Below, piece by piece: positions 32,115 to 42,440 of a stretch of 64,000 nt of DNA; within the stretch, counting starts at the first letter, position 1; each line of letters opens with the position of its first letter. The notes under the pieces were generated by a model. The model saw nothing but the letters and a program-made list of their open reading frames with translations, was not told the origin of the DNA and ran no database searches. The stretch lies in NCBI GenBank assembly GCA_964019425.1, contig OZ025800.1, positions 496,001-560,000 on the forward strand, given 5' to 3'. The stretch is from Flectonema sp. DT1601 (Eukaryota). Position numbers and translations under genes: made by a program.

Positions 32115-34079
32115 ATGGTAACAAAACCATTATGCTGTTGGGATGTAAATGATGTCTGTAATCAGCTATCTTCTTGTAGTTGGGCCGATCCACAGTTTAA
32201 AACAAAAGTAAGAATTCATAACCTAGACGGGTTATCACTACAAGAACTGACGAAGGAGGATTTGAGAGATGATTTTCGTATAATGGAATTGGGAACAATT
32301 AAAACTATTTTGAGAAATATTAGGTCACTTGGACAGGAACCGAGGCCGCTGGCAGCACTACCACATCCAACGTCAGTACAAGAACCACAACATAGTTCTA
32401 TCCAGTCTTGTTTAGAAAATAATATTAAAAAGAAAAATAGTTTGGGAAAACTAAAGGAAGACAGACGTCGACCGGCATCAAATTCTGCCAAAGTTGTGAG
32501 AAAATATCCTTCCTCAGCACCCATGTCCGCGCCTCTTAAAAGTAAGCAACCAACTCGGAGTCATGTTGTAGCTCCCGAAGCGATGAGTAAAGTAAAGATT
32601 CCGCCACCGATTCGAAAAATTGACAGCGGATCGTTAGATTTTCCAACATTACCAATTAATATTGGTTTGGGTGGCGATGTGAAAAAGAATTTGATAAGAC
32701 CCGCAACAGCTCTTGCTGCTTACAGACATCAGACTGAATCTCCTCTATGCACACCACCCCCTGTAGTAACAAAAGATATCATTCACAGATATGATGGAAA
32801 GGAAGAAGAGTCTCAAGAGGTTACAATTAATAAAAAATATAATGCGGGATACAGATCTGGTATATTGGAGTTGGAGAGAAGATACACAGCTGTTGCAAAG
32901 CTTTTTAAGATTTGGGACACGTCAGGTAGTACTGCTGATCAAACGGGTTATATCAAACTAGCTGACGTTCAGAACATGTGCGCTAAACACTTCAAGTGGT
33001 CAGCAACTGATTTAGAGACAAAGACATTATGTTCTTTGAAAGATGTTCAGAAGTCTGGCAATGGCAGAATCGACGAAGATGATTTTCAATTATTTATAAG
33101 CAACCTAACAGCAACCAGATCACCATCTTCATTCGATTCACTGTTATCGTTTTTAATTAATTCCGTCTCACAAGCTTCTGTTGAAATTGAAGCAAAAAGA
33201 AGATCGACTGCCTTAAGGCAATTATTCATTAAATGGGACGGTGACCTTTCTGGTCACATTGAGACTAACGAACTTCTAAGTGTACTCGTCAAGTATAACG
33301 ATTGGACAGCACAACAAGGTAAGCACTCAGCTCAGTTAATTCTAACACAGAGAGATGATGACATGGATGGAATGCTTAGCTTTGATGAATTCGAAAGAAT
33401 TTTTAATTCAAAAAGTAGTCGACTTGGACCCGAAGAGTTCGACTACATGTTATTTAGAATCCATCGTTGTGTTGAAGATTCTCAAGAAGATGAACGCCAA
33501 GGACTTGGTGAGACTTTTCGACCAATTCTGTCGGATGATCTCGAAGAGCGATGGATAGTTAGCACACCTACGACTCCTTTATTACTTTATGGAAGTCATG
33601 TTGATCCGTCTATGCAAATTGAAAATCTAGCATGCAGATTAAAACTAACCGTCAGAAGTTATCTTATTCAACACATTAAAAGTGAACGTGTTATTCTGAA
33701 AGAACTAATTCGTTGGGGAGTTGGAAGAGGTAGTTGGATTTATGTATCCATCGATGGTGATTATCAAAATCTAGATCGATTTCTTCGTAGTCTGGGAGTG
33801 TTGTTGAAACAACAGTCTTCGTATACAATTCATAAAAGGTTTCGTCTTTGGGTTATGATAACGACTCCTTACCTTATGAGGATTCCGAGAATACTAAAGT
33901 TTAACGCGATTCTAGTTTCTCTCGGTGATATCAGAAATAAGAATGAAATAAAATATCAACAGCAATGTGCAGCAACAAGCGAGGACGCTGATCAGGTTCT
34001 CCCATCAAAAGTTTCATTTCAAAACCAGTTCTTATTTTCGAGGAAGTTATCTAATTCCTCTCTGTTGTCTGGATTATGA
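32115..34079 (+). CDS. SAM-domain, EF-hand protein with a C-terminal dynein heavy chain AAA6-like region
   Basis: N-terminal W-DVNDV...NLDGLSLQELTKEDLRDDFRIMELG (SAM); EF loops DGDLSGHIE and DDDMDGMLSFDEF; STPTTPLL...DP...GSW...HKRFRLW. Confidence 0.8.
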   Translation: MVTKPLCCWDVNDVCNQLSSCSWADPQFKTKVRIHNLDGLSLQELTKEDLRDDFRIMELGTIKTILRNIRSLGQEPRPLAALPHPTSVQEPQHSSIQSCLENNIKKKNSLGKLKEDRRRPASNSAKVVRKYPSSAPMSAPLKSKQPTRSHVVAPEAMSKVKIPPPIRKIDSGSLDFPTLPINIGLGGDVKKNLIRPATALAAYRHQTESPLCTPPPVVTKDIIHRYDGKEEESQEVTINKKYNAGYRSGILELERRYTAVAKLFKIWDTSGSTADQTGYIKLADVQNMCAKHFKWSATDLETKTLCSLKDVQKSGNGRIDEDDFQLFISNLTATRSPSSFDSLLSFLINSVSQASVEIEAKRRSTALRQLFIKWDGDLSGHIETNELLSVLVKYNDWTAQQGKHSAQLILTQRDDDMDGMLSFDEFERIFNSKSSRLGPEEFDYMLFRIHRCVEDSQEDERQGLGETFRPILSDDLEERWIVSTPTTPLLLYGSHVDPSMQIENLACRLKLTVRSYLIQHIKSERVILKELIRWGVGRGSWIYVSIDGDYQNLDRFLRSLGVLLKQQSSYTIHKRFRLWVMITTPYLMRIPRILKFNAILVSLGDIRNKNEIKYQQQCAATSEDADQVLPSKVSFQNQFLFSRKLSNSSLLSGL

Positions 34080-34564
34080 TTTCCTTTTTGTACCAAAAAA
34101 CTTTTCAAAACCGTCAAACCAGAACGTTGACGATGTAAGCTTTTCTCATTATTTTGTTTTCTTTCAGAAGTTTACCGTCTTCAGTTTACTACTCAGTCTG
34201 CTCCTTCAGTCGATCTCTAGAAAAGTAATAGATGTCTTCACAGATATTTATTATTATTTATATTTATTCAATCAAAAATTTCAACTGTGCGGTGAGCTTC
34301 TGCTCCTTCAGTTGAGTGGCCACAGTGTCTCCTCTTCCTGTCTTTGTGTTACAGTACAAAAAGTAAGAGCGGAAAAAATCTGCCAATTTTTATCATTTCT
34401 TTTTCTTGGTTGCCATTTTGGAGTCTTCTCCTCAGTTTGTTATTATGACTGGCATTTACACTTTTTTTAATGGTTGGATTTTTTTTTGCGATGAGTTTTT
34501 TTTGTTTTTTTCTTTTGAGTATAAATCTCTTTAAGCAGCGGGTATCAACCAGAAAAACAACAAA

Positions 34565-35539
34565 ATGACAGGAAGTGACTCAAGTGCAATGGTTCCATGG
34601 GTAGAGAAGTATCGCCCTCGACAAATTAGTGAAGTCGTTGGAAACGAAGAGACTGTTGCGAGACTTCGAGTTGTAGCCAGAGACGGTAACATGCCGAACG
34701 TTATTATAACAGGCCCACCTGGTACTGGTAAAACAACAAGTATATGTGCCTTGGCTAGAGAACTACTTGGTGACAAATACGAAGCAGCTGTGTTAGAATT
34801 GAATGCCTCTAATGACAGAGGACTCGGTGTTGTCAGAGATAAGATTAAATCATTTGCTCAAAAAAAGGTAACGCTTCCTTCTGGTCGTCATAAAATTATA
34901 ATTTTAGACGAAGTTGATTCGATGACGAAATCAGCACAACAGGCATTGACAAGAACAATGGAACTCCATTCAAACACAACGCGATTCGCTCTGGCATGTA
35001 ACTACTCAAGTAAGATCATCGAACCAATTCAAAGTCGATGTGCTGTCCTCCGATTTAGTCGATTAGAAAACAGCGAAGTTCTCGAAAGACTAATGACCGT
35101 CATAAGAGCTGAAGAAGTTCCATACACCGACGACGGCATTGAATCTCTTCTTTATATTTCTGAAGGCGATCTCCGAAATGCCATAAACACTTTACAAGCA
35201 ACAGCAACAGGTTACGGTACGACAACAGCAGAGACAGTTTTTAAAGTTATTGATCAGCCTCATCCAACAATTGTTGAAGACATTATTAGAGATTGTTTAA
35301 TAAATAATCTTACTGATGGTCATAAGAAATTAGATCGTCTTCTGGGAAAAGGATACGCTCCGATTGATATTATTGCCACCTTCTTTAAAGTCTGTACTAC
35401 TATGGATGGATTATCTGATTTTGTGCAAATGGAATTTGTTCGGTTGATCGGATCAACACATCATCGAATGGTCGAAGGAGCTGCAACACCACTCCAACTC
35501 GCTGGGATGCTTGCCAGAATGTGTCAGCTTAGGAAATGA
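34565..35539 (+). CDS. RFC2: Replication factor C small subunit (human RFC2 / yeast Rfc4 type)
   Basis: PWVEKYRP, GPPGTGKTT, LELNASNDRG, FAQKKVTLPSGRHKIIILDE and SRC motifs. Confidence 0.95.
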   Translation: MTGSDSSAMVPWVEKYRPRQISEVVGNEETVARLRVVARDGNMPNVIITGPPGTGKTTSICALARELLGDKYEAAVLELNASNDRGLGVVRDKIKSFAQKKVTLPSGRHKIIILDEVDSMTKSAQQALTRTMELHSNTTRFALACNYSSKIIEPIQSRCAVLRFSRLENSEVLERLMTVIRAEEVPYTDDGIESLLYISEGDLRNAINTLQATATGYGTTTAETVFKVIDQPHPTIVEDIIRDCLINNLTDGHKKLDRLLGKGYAPIDIIATFFKVCTTMDGLSDFVQMEFVRLIGSTHHRMVEGAATPLQLAGMLARMCQLRK

Positions 35540-36079
35540 TTTCTTCCTCAAGAAATCTGAAATCATAAAAAGGATACGAAGGATGATTACATTCTCAAAC
35601 TTTAAATGGACGTGAACTCGGCTCAAATCGAACTGACTCCATGTCGACCACTTGATGTGTTAAGGAGTTACCATCGTTTAACTGAGTGCTGTCTTCTCAG
35701 GAGGGGAAGAATAAGAGTTCCGTAACGACGTCGCCTTCTCATCTCGTGAGACATTCGCGTTTTTAAGCGCCCGTTACATAGTTTGATCGACGTCAAACTG
35801 ATCGTTTCGCTGTTAGTTTTTTATTGTCCTTAAAAGTTGGTAATTACTTTTTCACATTTCTTCAATATATTCAACAGCTCCTATCAATTAAAGATGGTAG
35901 TCGATACGTGTTTGGTGAAGTCATATTTCACATCTGAAGATGAGTCACGACCTTGTTGGTGATAATTGAGGGTATGCACAATGGTCTTCGTGCTTTTCTT
36001 TTTTTTTTTTTGGTATTCGAATGCTGTAATTTATTTACTCATTACAGACACGGTATATACATATTAAAAAAAAGAATTA

Positions 36080-37249
36080 ATGAAAAAAGTCAAACGCAAG
36101 CAGACAAACAACCTGCGTCCAGACAAAAGAAAACAAAAGATTGATGAGTGGAGAGTAGATCGAGAGAAGGAATGGCGCGTATTAAATCCAAACGTAGTCG
36201 AGGATCAATTATTAATTTTAGAACCAAAGAGTAGTGAAGCAGGTGACTCAGTAATGATGAGCGATGCCTGTTATATAATGTGGATGAATGACGCAATCTG
36301 TGGTGATGCAGTTAGAACCAATTTATACGATCTTTGGTACTTCCATTCCGAACACACAGCACCCAACGCCTCTTGGAAGATGCAAACAGAAGTTGAAGCG
36401 ATGCTATTAAACAGTTCAAACACAAGAGATTTCGTAAATATTCATAAAATGCTTCAGAAAGTTGTATCGACCAGGAGATCTTTCACACAAGCAGCAGTCC
36501 AAAAACTGCGAGCTTGCGGTGTTACCATTCGAGATGCTAAGTTCGAACTACAACCTGGAGAATATCAGCAAATGGTCTGCCCTGTGAGTAGAGGGAATAT
36601 GATTTCCGTTAATTTCCATAGTGAGAAAAATATAGTTAGTTTTCAGGCTAACTTCCTGTCTGTTAGAAAGGAAGTCTCTGTTCTCTGTGAAAAGAGATCC
36701 TGCGATCCGCTCACACCTGAGACTTCAATGCAGGGATGGACATCACACATTCAAGAGACTGGTGAAGTTGTTCTGACCTGGAGTCTTGATAAGGAATTAT
36801 CAAAGGGGTGTCTGTTGTCTGTTGTGGCAGCAAAAAGATCGGAAGCTGCCATCAAAAGAAATCGAAATGCTCTTTTAAATTCACAAAGTAACCTTCAACC
36901 GTTTACCTGTGCGGTTTGCAACTTCGCTCAGAGACCTCCGAAGGAAACATCGACAGCAGATTGTTTAATTTGTTCTTCAGTAGAATCAGTCCCTCGTAGC
37001 CTTGATGATCCACCTGCTGCTGTTGCTGCTCTTCCTCCAGGGAGTGCAGTGCCTCCTTTTCCGGTACCTGCTTGGTTCCCGAAAGGAATGGCTGATAACT
37101 TTGGCGTGTTTTTTAGTATCAGCCCTGCCTGTGCTGGTAGAAATCATACGGCACCTGACTACGGTTCGAGTAATGTTGTTGTTGACCTGTACCATGCTCC
37201 GTTATTGTCGGCAGCTCCTCCTCTTCCTGTTCCTCCTCCAGATTCTTAG
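36080..37249 (+). CDS. Hypothetical protein with a CxxC...CxxC putative zinc finger and Pro-rich C-terminus
   Basis: 389-aa ATG-initiated ORF co-oriented with its neighbours; FTCAVCNF...CLICSS. Confidence 0.7.
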   Translation: MKKVKRKQTNNLRPDKRKQKIDEWRVDREKEWRVLNPNVVEDQLLILEPKSSEAGDSVMMSDACYIMWMNDAICGDAVRTNLYDLWYFHSEHTAPNASWKMQTEVEAMLLNSSNTRDFVNIHKMLQKVVSTRRSFTQAAVQKLRACGVTIRDAKFELQPGEYQQMVCPVSRGNMISVNFHSEKNIVSFQANFLSVRKEVSVLCEKRSCDPLTPETSMQGWTSHIQETGEVVLTWSLDKELSKGCLLSVVAAKRSEAAIKRNRNALLNSQSNLQPFTCAVCNFAQRPPKETSTADCLICSSVESVPRSLDDPPAAVAALPPGSAVPPFPVPAWFPKGMADNFGVFFSISPACAGRNHTAPDYGSSNVVVDLYHAPLLSAAPPLPVPPPDS

Positions 37250-37645
37250 TCTTTATTAAGGATTGATTAGTAGTGAGTTGGAGTCTGTATGGAGTTGAAA
37301 AGACTGACTGATAATATTAACTTTCAAGGATAACTGTTCCTGTCCATTTCAAGGGACAATCGTTCCTTCATAAAGGGACGACCACGTCGTCTGATTGGAA
37401 TGTTCATCTGGTTCTTCAACAAGATTGTTTTTCCCTCTTTTTTTTTCCCCCTTAAAAAAGTTTTCAGATTTCTTCAAATCTTCCGTTTCAAAGAAAAAAA
37501 AAAAAAAAAAAAAAAGGACTGTTGACTTGACGCTACTAATCTTCAATCGGCATTTACGATTCGCTCCCCATTCCCGCTCCCTTTCCCCCCTTGTGGGAAG
37601 ATGAACATGTAATTATGATGTTACTTTTTTCAGTTTATAAATAAA

Positions 37646-38656
37646 ATGGTTTTCGTGTCGGACATCGAGTCATTTGCAGATGCTACCAAAAAGATATACG
37701 AAGAGTCACCTGAAGAAGTATGTACCATCTCAGAACGACTTAATATTTTGTTCTGATCACCTATTCGGCACAATTTCCGTATTTCAACAATAAAAAAACA
37801 ACACAGGCGCGGTATAGCATGAAATTCTGCCGAGAGAATAACTGCATCATTCTAACTACTACTGATAGTAAGACTGTATGACATATATATATATATATAT
37901 CAGTCATTCCTTTTTTTTGCGAACAAAAAACACCATTTTCTCACCGCCTGAGCAAGGTTACACGATATGTTACTTTTGCTCGATTTTTTATTTTTTGGAA
38001 TCGGGGAGGGTGCGATCTGTAAAATTAGGCATAGGGATATACAAATTTACAAATTCTTTTTGAAAATTTTTTCAGCGTCCAGAATTTGTTCGCAAAAAAA
38101 AAAAAAGGAATGACTGATATATATTTTTTTTTTTCTTTCTTCCCTCTCAAAACTGTAACGGTTAACCATTTCTACCTTACAAGTAACTTGTGTTGAGAAC
38201 TAGGCAACTTTGAGGGGAGAAGCAGTCTGATTTTCGAAATGAAACCTATCGAGTCTCTCTATGTAAACCTCCTGATATCAACGGTGTCTTTTGAAATGAG
38301 CAGTATTCGTCTTACATTCTTGTTATATTGACTGCAACACAAAACATAATAATAATAACAACAGGTTGTATGCTTCCGTACAACGGACGCTTCAGACATC
38401 AGGAAAATAGAAAAAATAAATGCCTACTACTTACATATGTATGTTATTGTTCTCTTTGAAGTTTTTCATTTCCCTTTATTGTCATTTCAAGTTGCTGTTA
38501 CTTAACTTTAACAGGTGCGCAGACCGTGAATTCGATGAGGAGGAACTTATTCAGCATGAAATGTCGAAGGCAAAACCCGCATCGCAAAACTCTTCTTCGC
38601 AACCTCAAAAGAAAAAACAAACTACTAATCACTCGAAGAAGAAGAATAAGAAATAG
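37646..38656 (+). CDS. SRP9: Signal recognition particle 9-kDa protein; join(37646..37717,37807..37875,38365..38438,38515..38656), 118 aa
   Basis: Three GTATG...ACAG introns. The spliced product MVFVSDIESFADATKKIYEESPEEARYSMKF...TTTDSKTVVCFRTTDASDIRKIEKINAYYLHMCA... follows the SRP9/21 pattern (F...A..LY...P...R...K...TD...C..Y/F.TD...D..KIEK), with a Lys-rich tail. Confidence 0.88.
37900..38117. mobile_element. MITE in SRP9 intron 2
   Basis: Terminal inverted repeats TCAGTCATTCCTTTTTTTTGCGAACAAA / TTTGTTCGCAAAA...AAGGAATGACTGA, flanked by (TA)n on both sides. Confidence 0.85.
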
Positions 38657-39080
38657 TCAAATGCTATTCTTTGATGGTGACATTTTTGAACATTCAGCTC
38701 TAAAATACTGAATATTGACGGCTACTACTCTTGACACCCGGAATCGAACTACATGGAAAATTGCTTTCTATGATTGCCGAGTAAATTTTTGCTTTTAGTA
38801 ATATGATTATTTTTTCTGCGCACAAACAAAACCAAATAGTGTTCTCCACATATAATTTATGTTACCAACAAATCTTATAGCCTCTTATATTATTGTGTTA
38901 AACTTACATGTTTCTTAAAAGAATATTCACAATTATGTGCAGTACTCTTAATCTATATTAAATTATTATTTATTAAATAGTTTGAAGAATTTTCTTCCTT
39001 CTAAATACCAATTTCCTTGTTGGCAGACGGGAAGTTACGGTTTTCATCATCATATTGTCCAGTTTGTGAAACACACTAAA

Positions 39081-41180
39081 ATGAGAACGGCCGCTTTGAT
39101 GATGATGGCGTCGCTGACGCCCATGGTGGTGGGAGTGCCAGCTGATGTTGTTACGAACGACATCAGGACTTGCAACACGGACGCTGACTGTCGCACTTTC
39201 GGTGCCACGGCAGCAACGTGCGCCACGGATAAGATCTGTGCTACTGCCTCATGCACTTACTACGGTGCTGGAGCCGCTAACGTTCTGAGGACCTGCGCAT
39301 CGTCGCCGACGGGCGCGGAGACGGTGACGCTATACTACATCCTGAACAACGTCGCTGGTACCGGTGCGACGGCGGCGAGGGTGATTAACTGCGATAACGC
39401 CGGTACCTTCACCGCGCCATACGACGCGTTGATCAAGGGTACTGGTGTGATGGGCGGTTTCTCTACCGCTGAGAAAGCAACCATTGATATTGTCCACATT
39501 TGCAACAAGCCAACGACGGGCGCTCACACCCTCAGGACCTCCATTAAGGTGACGGTCCAGATCACCAACCTGATTTCGACCACTGCCTCCGTCGGAGACC
39601 TCTACAGAAAGCTGGGAGCTAACCTCAACACCGTGCTTGCCGCATCATCGGACACCAACTTGAACCACGTTGGGATAGTCGACACCCTCCACACCATCAC
39701 CGACAAGGCGGCGCCTTCCTACTGCGCAGCAGGGACCTCCAACGCCGCGGTCACCCTTCCGTTCGCCAACAACTTCCTCGCGGCGACCGGCGATGATCTG
39801 TGCAAGATTGTCCAGTGCAACACCGGATACACATTCGACAGGTCGCTGGCAATCCCAACGTGCGAAGGACCTGGCCAGGCATTGTCAAACGCGGCGGCGA
39901 CCTGCACAACCAACGCGCACTGCCAGAAGTACGGACAGACCGGTGGTGTGTGTGACTCCACCACCACCCCGACTTACAAGTGTACCGTTGCGGGAGCAGG
40001 TACTACCGCGTGCACCTTCTTCGCGGCCAACAACCAGGAGCTTCCGCTGTGCGCTGCCACGGTGGCACCTGCTGCCCAGAAGATTATCCTTTACTACATT
40101 CTGAGAAACACTAACATGGTTGGTGCCTCTGCGAGGACTGTCGACTGCACGAAGGTTGCCGAGTTCACTGCCAAGTACGATACGTTGATCAAGGGCACTA
40201 CAGCGTTGGGTAGGTTCACCACTGTTGAGGCGGCCACTGCCAACATCGTCCACAGCTGCATCACCACCGGAACCGTTCACTCGCTCCGCACCTCGATCAA
40301 GGTTGAGGTGTCGATCTCGAACTTGTTGGGAACGACGTGGGGGAACTACGCTAACCTGGCGCTCAACATCAACCAGCTTTTGGCGACCAGCACGGACGCG
40401 GCGCTGAACGCCGTCGGTGGAGTCGCGACCGTGCACTTGGGTACGGAGGATGCATACAAGGGCTTGTGCCCAGTTACCGGCAACGACAACACGAAGGTCC
40501 CAATGTCTACCACTCCGGTCTCCCCAACAGCAGCCAACAGAGGGTGCACGGTCGTCGCGTGCAACACCGGTTACGAAATCAACACCAGCGGAGCCTGCGT
40601 CGTGACCTCTACCCCTACTCCAACCACCACCGCGACTCCGGGCACCACGGGCGTGGCTACTCCTCTCACGTTCTCGTTTGACGCCACCGCCGAAATTGCT
40701 GTTCTCGCCGCCTCGACTGCAAGCTTCAGGACGACCGCGGCTACCGCGTTGGGAGGAACCGCCACCTGCGTCAGCATGTGCCCGACCGCCGGAGGCCGGT
40801 GCTACACCTGCGCGGGAGTCATTATCGGCAGAGAGGCTTCGGTCTTGGTCGCCGCGAAGTACAGAGTGAACCTGAGCGGTACCACCAACCACGCAACCAC
40901 CGCCAACGCCCTCACCGCTCTCAACACCGCGCTGAGGGCCTTGTTCGCAGCGAACACCGCTATTGTGTACTCAGACAACAGCGTCTTGGTTTTCTTCACC
41001 AGCGACAGCGACGATGGTTTGTCCGGTGGGGCTATTGCCGGTATCGTTATCGGTTGCGTGGCGTTCGTCGTGATCGTCGTCGTGATCGTCTACTGCCTTT
41101 GCTGCAAGGCTGCTCCGGAATCCGACTCAGCTGACTCGGATTCGGATGCCAAGAAGGAAACCAACCCTGACCAGGTGTAA
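39081..41180 (+). CDS. Cys/Thr/Ala-rich type I membrane surface protein, copy 1 (699 aa)
   Basis: ATG 39081 (MRTAALMMMASLTPMVVG signal peptide), two Cys modules, Thr/Pro linker, TM LSGGAIAGIVIG, tail KETNPDQV. Confidence 0.9.
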   Translation: MRTAALMMMASLTPMVVGVPADVVTNDIRTCNTDADCRTFGATAATCATDKICATASCTYYGAGAANVLRTCASSPTGAETVTLYYILNNVAGTGATAARVINCDNAGTFTAPYDALIKGTGVMGGFSTAEKATIDIVHICNKPTTGAHTLRTSIKVTVQITNLISTTASVGDLYRKLGANLNTVLAASSDTNLNHVGIVDTLHTITDKAAPSYCAAGTSNAAVTLPFANNFLAATGDDLCKIVQCNTGYTFDRSLAIPTCEGPGQALSNAAATCTTNAHCQKYGQTGGVCDSTTTPTYKCTVAGAGTTACTFFAANNQELPLCAATVAPAAQKIILYYILRNTNMVGASARTVDCTKVAEFTAKYDTLIKGTTALGRFTTVEAATANIVHSCITTGTVHSLRTSIKVEVSISNLLGTTWGNYANLALNINQLLATSTDAALNAVGGVATVHLGTEDAYKGLCPVTGNDNTKVPMSTTPVSPTAANRGCTVVACNTGYEINTSGACVVTSTPTPTTTATPGTTGVATPLTFSFDATAEIAVLAASTASFRTTAATALGGTATCVSMCPTAGGRCYTCAGVIIGREASVLVAAKYRVNLSGTTNHATTANALTALNTALRALFAANTAIVYSDNSVLVFFTSDSDDGLSGGAIAGIVIGCVAFVVIVVVIVYCLCCKAAPESDSADSDSDAKKETNPDQV

Positions 41181-42440
41181 GAAGCTCGTCTTTTGTATTC
41201 TTGCGAACGAATGCTTTTGCTCCCACCCTCCCACCCGACTTCCACCACGGGAAAAGAATTTGAAATAAAGTGTACGTTGTTGAGCAGCAGTCTTGCGAGG
41301 ACCGGGTTCTGGCAACATGGGACTCCCTCCTCCCGCGAAGGGTGGACATGAAAATGAAAAGGTTTGGCGTGACCCGTTTCGTTCCCTCTCTCAACACGCC
41401 GAACAACTGCGGGGGCCGCTGGAAGGAGAAAAGAGGTGATGGCTTATTCCCGATGTCGGTGTGTCGCTTCCGCTAGTGCGGTCCTTTGAATTAAAAAGCA
41501 CAAGACACAGTCACCATGCACTGAAGTGAAGCGCGCTGTCTTTGTGTATTTGCTTGTGTGAGATCGTTTCGTGAACCGTTGGTAAGACTCGGCATCTTTG
41601 AGAGCCGAGTTCCAACGACGGGGGACGACTCGCGGGGGTAAACATGGAAAGGAAGGCAAGGCGTGTGCACGATAATAATAGCAAACAAAAAAAAAGAGGA
41701 GGTGTTTTGAAAGATGTATGTCTTCGAATGCCGCTTCTTTTTCTTTCTTTCTTTTTCTTCTTCGCCCCTTTATTGGGGCAAGTCCAGCCTGTGCGCCGGC
41801 GGCTTAACTCAGATGAGGAATAAGAGGCGGAGACGATCTCTGCTGTGAAGCGAAAAGACCAGCATCTCTCCCGATAGTGCCAAGAGAGAAAAAGAAAAGA
41901 AAAAAAAAAAAAGAAAGGGAGATCCGAAAAGAAGGATCTGAACGACAATTGTTAACTGTGCAAACTAACTGCTTTTGGAGTGTGATGTGTGCTGAATAAT
42001 GCATTCTGATTTTTGTACAGATCAAACATGAGATGGTGTTTCGCGACCGGGCGTGTTGTGTGTCTCCCTGTCTAGGCGGCGCAATGTGTTTCCGCTGTTG
42101 AATTGCTTCTTGGGACGGATTGCCACCTTGTTCTTGGTGTGTGTGTGTGTGTTGTCGCCATTGTGTGCTGACTGGACACGAATAGAGGGGAATTCGGCTG
42201 GCTTGTTGGACATGGTGATCGAGCGTGAACGCGGAGACGACCACGGATGAACCCGTGGCTGGGTGGGGGGGGAGGGGGGAAACGCTTGACGGGGGACCGA
42301 AGTGGTGCCGAACCGGCAGGGTGTGTGCGTCGCCGCGGGTCGCGACCTCGCCAGCCGGGGAGGCCTCTTATTTTCCTTGTTGGCAGACGGGAAGTTACGG
42401 TTTTCATCATCATATTGTCCAGTTTGTGAAACACACTAAA

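Noticed and set aside
42225..42440. N-terminal extensions of the ORF-track proteins (771/732 aa array ORFs; also the 26881 and 57100 starts)
   Set aside because: They start at GTG/TTG and, for the array, differ between copies. Downstream ATGs give proper signal peptides or the conserved N-terminus.
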